From contig CAVYES010000005.1 of assembly GCA_963767735.1 (NCBI GenBank), positions 128,001 through 192,000 of the forward strand: a stretch of 64,000 nucleotides of DNA, given 5' to 3'. Below are positions 59,354 to 64,000 of this stretch, piece by piece (position 1 is the first letter of the stretch; every line of letters starts with the position of its first letter). The position numbers and the translations under genes were made by a program. The notes beneath the pieces are model-generated. The model was not told where the DNA came from, searched no databases, and saw only the letters and a list, made by a program, of their open reading frames with translations. Source of the stretch: Candidatus Bathyarchaeota archaeon. Lineage in GTDB: Archaea; Thermoproteota; Bathyarchaeia; Bathyarchaeales; Bathycorpusculaceae.

Positions 59354-61111
59354 TCACAAAAATCTCCTGGGGTCAGTATCAATATCCACTATCGAAGGTT
59401 TAGAAGAAGAAAGCGCCTTGTCAACGGCCTCTTCAAGGTCGTTTGGTTCAGTAACCTTAATTCCCATGCCTCCTGAATGCTCAGCAAAATCAGCAAAATT
59501 ATAGTTGTATAGGTCGGTTTGCCAGTTCTCTAAGCCTTCAACTTTTTGCTCCTGCATAATCATTGCCAAATGCTTATTGTTCATCACAAAAACCTTAATC
59601 TGCAAATTGTACTTCAAAGCCGTTAAAAAGTCTCCCAAAACCATCGTTAACCCGCCATCGCCAGTCAAACAAACAATCTGCCTATCCGGGTAAGCCAACG
59701 CCGCGGCCAAAGCGCCTGGCAAACCAAACCCCATCGTAGCCAGAGTGCCGGTCATCACCATCTTCTGGGATTTACGCATCATAAAGTTCCTTCCAAACCA
59801 CCAGCAGTTTTCACCGACATCTAAAGAAATCACTGCGTTATCGGCTATTTTCTGGTTTAAAACTTTGATAATGAATTGGGGTCTAATCGGTTTCCTGCTG
59901 GAATCGGCTTCTTTTTCCAGCTGGTTTAGCCATTCCTGCTTTAACCTTGCAATCTCAGCCAGATAGTCAGCGTTTTGTTTCTGCTGAACTTTCTCTGTTA
60001 ACTTGGGAATGAGCACTGCGCTGTTTCCAAGCAACCCCGCCTCCACAGGATACCTGCGCGCAATCATAAGCGGATTAATATCAATCTGCACAGTTTTTTT
60101 CTGTGGAATCTGCGACAGGTCAGCGAATGAAGATCCGATCGCTATTAGCAAGTCAGCTTTCTGCATAAGTTCGGCTGAGGCAGTTGAACCGATACCGCCG
60201 TGGCATCCAACATAGAGAGATTCATTTTCATCAACAACGCCTTTCGACCTGAAAGTTGCCATAATCGGCGCAGAAATTTTAGAAGCCAACTTTAACAGCT
60301 TGTTGCCTTGGCCCCTCGCCCCAAAACCCGCGAGAATTACTGGTCTAACCGCTTGGTCAACAAGCTTTGCTGCCTTTTCAATCAGCCATTCTTCCTGTCC
60401 ATAAGCAAGATTAGGCATTCTTCCTTCAAACGGCAAAATCTGTGCTTCATAAGGCAACTTTTGCACGTCATTGGGAATTCCAATGTGAGAGACGCCTTGG
60501 TCTAAAAGCGCATGCTTAATCGCCAAAGTAGCCAAAGTAGTTGTTTGGTCTTCGGACATCAAAATCTTGTTAAAAACGCAAATTGGCTCAAAAAAGGCGG
60601 CTTGATCAATCTCTTGGGTTGAACCTGGTCCCATCAGTTGTCTAGCTACCAAACCAGTCAACGCTAAAACCGGTGCATGATCGAGTTTAGCGTCGTATAA
60701 GCCCGTGGCCAAATTTGTTGCGCCTGGACCAGAAATTGCGAGGCAAGCAGCTACGTGCCCTGTGAGTTTTCCGTAGGCTGAAGCCATGAACGCTGCTGTC
60801 TGCTCATGCCGTACCTGAATGTATTTTACTTTTCCGTTGGTTTTGCGTATAGCATCTACGACGCCTAACGTTGAAGTGCCTGGAATGCCGAAAACGTATT
60901 GAACTCCCCACTCGGCAATTTGGTTTATCAGAACTTGCGAAACTGTGTGTTCAACCTTTTTCTCTTCAACTTGCTCTGTCAACAACACGAAAACGGATTT
61001 GGGCGCTCCACAAACCGGGCACACCCATTCTTTAGGCAAATCGCTAAACTTCTTTCCTTCCTTTACTTCATCATAAACATAGTTGCAGACTGTGCACCTG
61101 TACCTTGCCAT
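59354..61111 (-). CDS. Rubredoxin-fused TPP enzyme (pyruvate oxidase/POX-like)
   Basis: CTVCNYVYD...WVCPVCG; RHEQ, SGPGATN, GDGG...NN. Confidence 0.9.
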   Translation of the reverse strand: MARYRCTVCNYVYDEVKEGKKFSDLPKEWVCPVCGAPKSVFVLLTEQVEEKKVEHTVSQVLINQIAEWGVQYVFGIPGTSTLGVVDAIRKTNGKVKYIQVRHEQTAAFMASAYGKLTGHVAACLAISGPGATNLATGLYDAKLDHAPVLALTGLVARQLMGPGSTQEIDQAAFFEPICVFNKILMSEDQTTTLATLAIKHALLDQGVSHIGIPNDVQKLPYEAQILPFEGRMPNLAYGQEEWLIEKAAKLVDQAVRPVILAGFGARGQGNKLLKLASKISAPIMATFRSKGVVDENESLYVGCHGGIGSTASAELMQKADLLIAIGSSFADLSQIPQKKTVQIDINPLMIARRYPVEAGLLGNSAVLIPKLTEKVQQKQNADYLAEIARLKQEWLNQLEKEADSSRKPIRPQFIIKVLNQKIADNAVISLDVGENCWWFGRNFMMRKSQKMVMTGTLATMGFGLPGALAAALAYPDRQIVCLTGDGGLTMVLGDFLTALKYNLQIKVFVMNNKHLAMIMQEQKVEGLENWQTDLYNYNFADFAEHSGGMGIKVTEPNDLEEAVDKALSSSKPSIVDIDTDPRRFL

Positions 61112-61243
61112 AATTAACCCTCAAAAATATGTCTATTAGAATTAAATTGATTCGCCCTTATCTGTGTATTGGAGTTTGCCAAAAGGCAATCCGAACAATT
61201 CATAAATCGCCCAAACTATTATTCCTTAAAGAGATGCATACCT

Positions 61244-62176
61244 ATGGAAAACTGGGACGTAATAATAATCGGCGCGGGTTCGGCAGGTTTATCCGCGGGA
61301 ATTTACGCTGTGCGAAGCGGGTTGAAAACGTTGATTTTAGAGGAAAAACTAGCTGGAGGAACAATAGCTGACGCCTCAATTGTGGTGAATTACCCAGGAT
61401 TCGCCGAGATCAGCGGAGGAGAACTTGCTGAAAAAATGACTGCTCACTGCAAAAAGGTCGGTGCAAACATCCATGATTTGGAGCCAGTGACGGAACTAGA
61501 GCTTATGGGTGAAAAGAAAATTGTTAAGACTTCCAAAACGTCTTATGAAGCCTCAGCAATAATTTTTTCAACGGGTTCACACTACAAAGAAGTCAATGTC
61601 AAAGGCGAAAAAGAATTCCGCGGCAGAGGCGTAAGTTACTGTGGGGTCTGTGATGGACCATTCTTTAAAGGCAAACATGTGCTGGTTATCGGCGGCGGGA
61701 ATTCAGCTTGCATCACCACACTCTACCTTTCAGGCCTAGCTTCCCAAGTTACTGTGGTGCATAGAAAAAAAGCTTTCAGAGCAGAAGAATCTTTGGTAAC
61801 TGATATATCAGCAAAGAATAACGTGGTTGTGGTGTGGAACACTGAAGTTCAAGAAATCAAAGGAGACAAACAAGTCAAAGCAGTCGCTTTAATTGATAAC
61901 ACAACAGGCGAAACACGCGAACTTGGAGTTGACGCGGTTTTCGTTCAAGTCGGCGAAGCACCAAACAGTCAACATGCCAAAGCAGCCGGAATAGAAACAG
62001 ATGAGCATGGATACATCAAAGTCGACATGAGCCAACGCACAAACCTCGCGGGCGTTTTCGCGGCAGGCGACGTTACGAATCAGCCGATTAAGCAGGTTGG
62101 GACAGCCGTCGGACAAGGCATCACAGCTGCGCTTGAAGCTTACAGTTACATTAGACGACCTTATTACAAAAAATAG
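61244..62176 (+). CDS. trxB: Thioredoxin reductase
   Basis: GAGSAG, GVSYCGVCDG, GGGNSA, FAAGD. Confidence 0.92.
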   Translation: MENWDVIIIGAGSAGLSAGIYAVRSGLKTLILEEKLAGGTIADASIVVNYPGFAEISGGELAEKMTAHCKKVGANIHDLEPVTELELMGEKKIVKTSKTSYEASAIIFSTGSHYKEVNVKGEKEFRGRGVSYCGVCDGPFFKGKHVLVIGGGNSACITTLYLSGLASQVTVVHRKKAFRAEESLVTDISAKNNVVVVWNTEVQEIKGDKQVKAVALIDNTTGETRELGVDAVFVQVGEAPNSQHAKAAGIETDEHGYIKVDMSQRTNLAGVFAAGDVTNQPIKQVGTAVGQGITAALEAYSYIRRPYYKK

Positions 62177-62278
62177 AGAAAGCTCACGTCTACTTAAGGG
62201 AAGCCACGTCCGCAGCCGACTGTTTATTTTTGACTTGTTTGTCTTTATTTTACCCTGATTTGCGGAAGGCGTCACTGA

Positions 62279-62503
62279 TTAAATTTTGAGGTGGTCATGA
62301 AGGGTCTTCGCAGTTACGTCAGTCCACTCATGGCCACAGCTCTTGCACTTATAGGTGACCTTGAAGTTTTCGATGCGCATGTTAACGGTGCCTCCTCCCC
62401 TGCCCCCCGCTGGCACTTGGACCTCATATGGGTTTCCAAGCTGCTCACGCTTAATCTCCTTTGCCTGAAACAGCCGACCACACGATGAGCATCTCCTGAA
62501 CAT
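62279..62503 (-). CDS. Small Zn-ribbon protein
   Basis: CSSCG...CKSCGHEW; GGGAG upstream. Confidence 0.65.
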   Translation of the reverse strand: MFRRCSSCGRLFQAKEIKREQLGNPYEVQVPAGGRGGGTVNMRIENFKVTYKCKSCGHEWTDVTAKTLHDHLKI

Positions 62504-62704
62504 CTTTCAAACTCCCATTAGGTATTGGCGCTAGCTTGCCTTAAGTTTTTTTGCTCTAGCAATATGTGCGGTGCATTAAACGACTTTATTCTCAAAAATA
62601 GAGAGAAAAGATTATATGATTCTAAAACCCTTTTCATGCTTTCAACTAGCTTAAGCATGCTAGCTTGAGCTAAAGTAGCAGCGGTATAAAAAAGAGGTTT
62701 CAGA

Positions 62705-63931
62705 ATGAGTGAAAAATGTCTCGCTGTAGTAGAAATCGATCAAGACTTATGTAGCAGATGTTGTGTTTGCCACTCAATATGCCCCTATGACGCAATAAAA
62801 CGCGACTCATCTGGTAAAGTTGAAATTAACAATCAAGAATGCCAAGTTTGCGGTATATGCTACAGTGCTTGCCCGTCTTCAGCCATTAAAATGCAATATT
62901 ACACTTACGATAATTTATTAAATTATGTTAAACAGGCACGTGAAAAAGTCAAAAGTGACGTGGACACGCTTGTCTTAATGTGTCGGGGAAACTCGCCTTC
63001 AACAGGTGAAGTCCAAGATATCCTTAAAGAACAAGGATTAAAAGTTGACAATTATATTGCATTGCGTTTGCCCTGTTCAGGTAGAATTCCGACTGACTTT
63101 ATTTTTGAAACATTGAATTCGGGCGTGAAAAACATTGTTTCCGTTCAATGCGAAGACCCATTCTGCCGCTACAAAGAAGGCACAAAAATAAACACTCGCA
63201 GACTTGTCTTGGCCAAAGACATCCTCAAACAATTAGGCTACGACGAAAACACCGTCAGAATAGTAAAGTTCTCCCGCAAAGCAGTTTATGACGTCCAAGC
63301 ATGCGTAGGCTGCGACAAATGCATCTTCATCTGCCCGTATAAAGCGATTGAGTTTGAATCGTTTGCTACTCCAAAAATAATCGAGGAAAAATGCGTTGGC
63401 TGCGGTGCATGCCAGCTGGTTTGTCCACATCAAGCTATCGAAGTGAAGGGCTTTGAGTTTGAAAATGTAGTTGACCGTTACGGCGAATCAGCTGCAAAAT
63501 TGAAAGCTAAAAACCAAGGTCCAGCAGTTCTTGCATTCGTTTGTCAATGGTCAGAATTTACAGATCTAGACAACCCTAACAGCGCGTTTGCAGGTAAAAA
63601 CGTGTTAGCTCTTGAAGTTCCATGCTTCAAATCCTTAGATCCTGTCCATGTAATCAACGCGTTAAACTGCGGTTTCGATGGCGTAATGGCCGTAGTCTGC
63701 TCAGCACAAGACTGTAAGCTTCAAGAAGGCAGAGCCACCGCAGAACGCAACTTGGCGGTATTGTTTGACGTGTTGAGAAAGAACAATCTGCTTGACCGAT
63801 TCGAAATTTACGAGGAGTCACCCAGATGCGCTGATGAATTCAATCAGAAACTGGATGCTTTCTACAAAAAGATTTCCGCATTACCAAAACGTGAAATAAT
63901 CGTGGAGGCGAAAGCAAAACGTACAAAATAG
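62705..63931 (+). CDS. Tandem (2x[4Fe-4S] ferredoxin + MvhD/FlpD) x2 iron-sulfur protein
   Basis: Four CxxCxxCxxxCP motifs; two MvhD-like domains (RLPCSGR; FVCQW...GFDGVMAVVC..QDC). Confidence 0.85.
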   Translation: MSEKCLAVVEIDQDLCSRCCVCHSICPYDAIKRDSSGKVEINNQECQVCGICYSACPSSAIKMQYYTYDNLLNYVKQAREKVKSDVDTLVLMCRGNSPSTGEVQDILKEQGLKVDNYIALRLPCSGRIPTDFIFETLNSGVKNIVSVQCEDPFCRYKEGTKINTRRLVLAKDILKQLGYDENTVRIVKFSRKAVYDVQACVGCDKCIFICPYKAIEFESFATPKIIEEKCVGCGACQLVCPHQAIEVKGFEFENVVDRYGESAAKLKAKNQGPAVLAFVCQWSEFTDLDNPNSAFAGKNVLALEVPCFKSLDPVHVINALNCGFDGVMAVVCSAQDCKLQEGRATAERNLAVLFDVLRKNNLLDRFEIYEESPRCADEFNQKLDAFYKKISALPKREIIVEAKAKRTK

Positions 63932-64000
63932 TAACTAAAAAAGAGCTTGCACCGAAAATAAAAATGTTCGAAGTTGAAGCTCCAGACATTGCAGCTAAAT
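63919..64000 (+). CDS. NfnA/SudB-like FAD/NAD-binding subunit, 5' part only; apparent ACG start
   Basis: (T)YKIVTKKELAPKIKMFEVEAPDIAAK resembles the NfnA/SudB N-terminus; GGAGG at 63904-63908; in-frame TGA at 63892. Confidence 0.75.

Noticed and set aside
436-63433. Many 60-175 aa ORFs antisense to or nested within well-supported genes (e.g. 1378..1830, 15819..16268, 52258..52785)
   Set aside because: Shadow ORFs with no motifs or independent signals.

Overview
Archaeal DNA, probably Ca. Bathyarchaeia (inferred from RadA, a BHB-intron initiator tRNA-Met, PAC2, CTP-dependent riboflavin kinase, PEF-CTERM surface proteins and an MvhD-like protein; no database search was possible). The left ~21 kb is accessory. 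It holds a probable integrative element (BlaI-regulated MacB-type ABC locus, divergent RadA, divergent pair of paralogous RHH regulators, small Cys-rich ORFs, tyrosine integrase, tRNA-3'-like att remnant), a stress-gene cluster, and an intact IS1111-type (IS110 superfamily) element just downstream of tRNA-Val(TAC) whose 3' non-coding end contains a readable bridge/seek RNA. The middle holds bacterioferritin, a TRASH/YHS-glucan phosphorylase fusion, non-coding elements built of six exact 10-bp units, a surface-protein islet flanked by a duplicated ino1 3' end, an AT-rich ParB/ParB-like/AlwI-type nuclease/PAPS-reductase-like candidate defence module, and decaying TA pairs. The right part is mostly core: acetate-CoA ligase, a second BlaI/M48/ABC/HtrA locus, his operon, tRNA-iMet, trxB and an MvhD-NfnA locus. 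Three genes have ACG exactly where paralogues or homologues have their start ATG. Products were assigned by eye from motifs.
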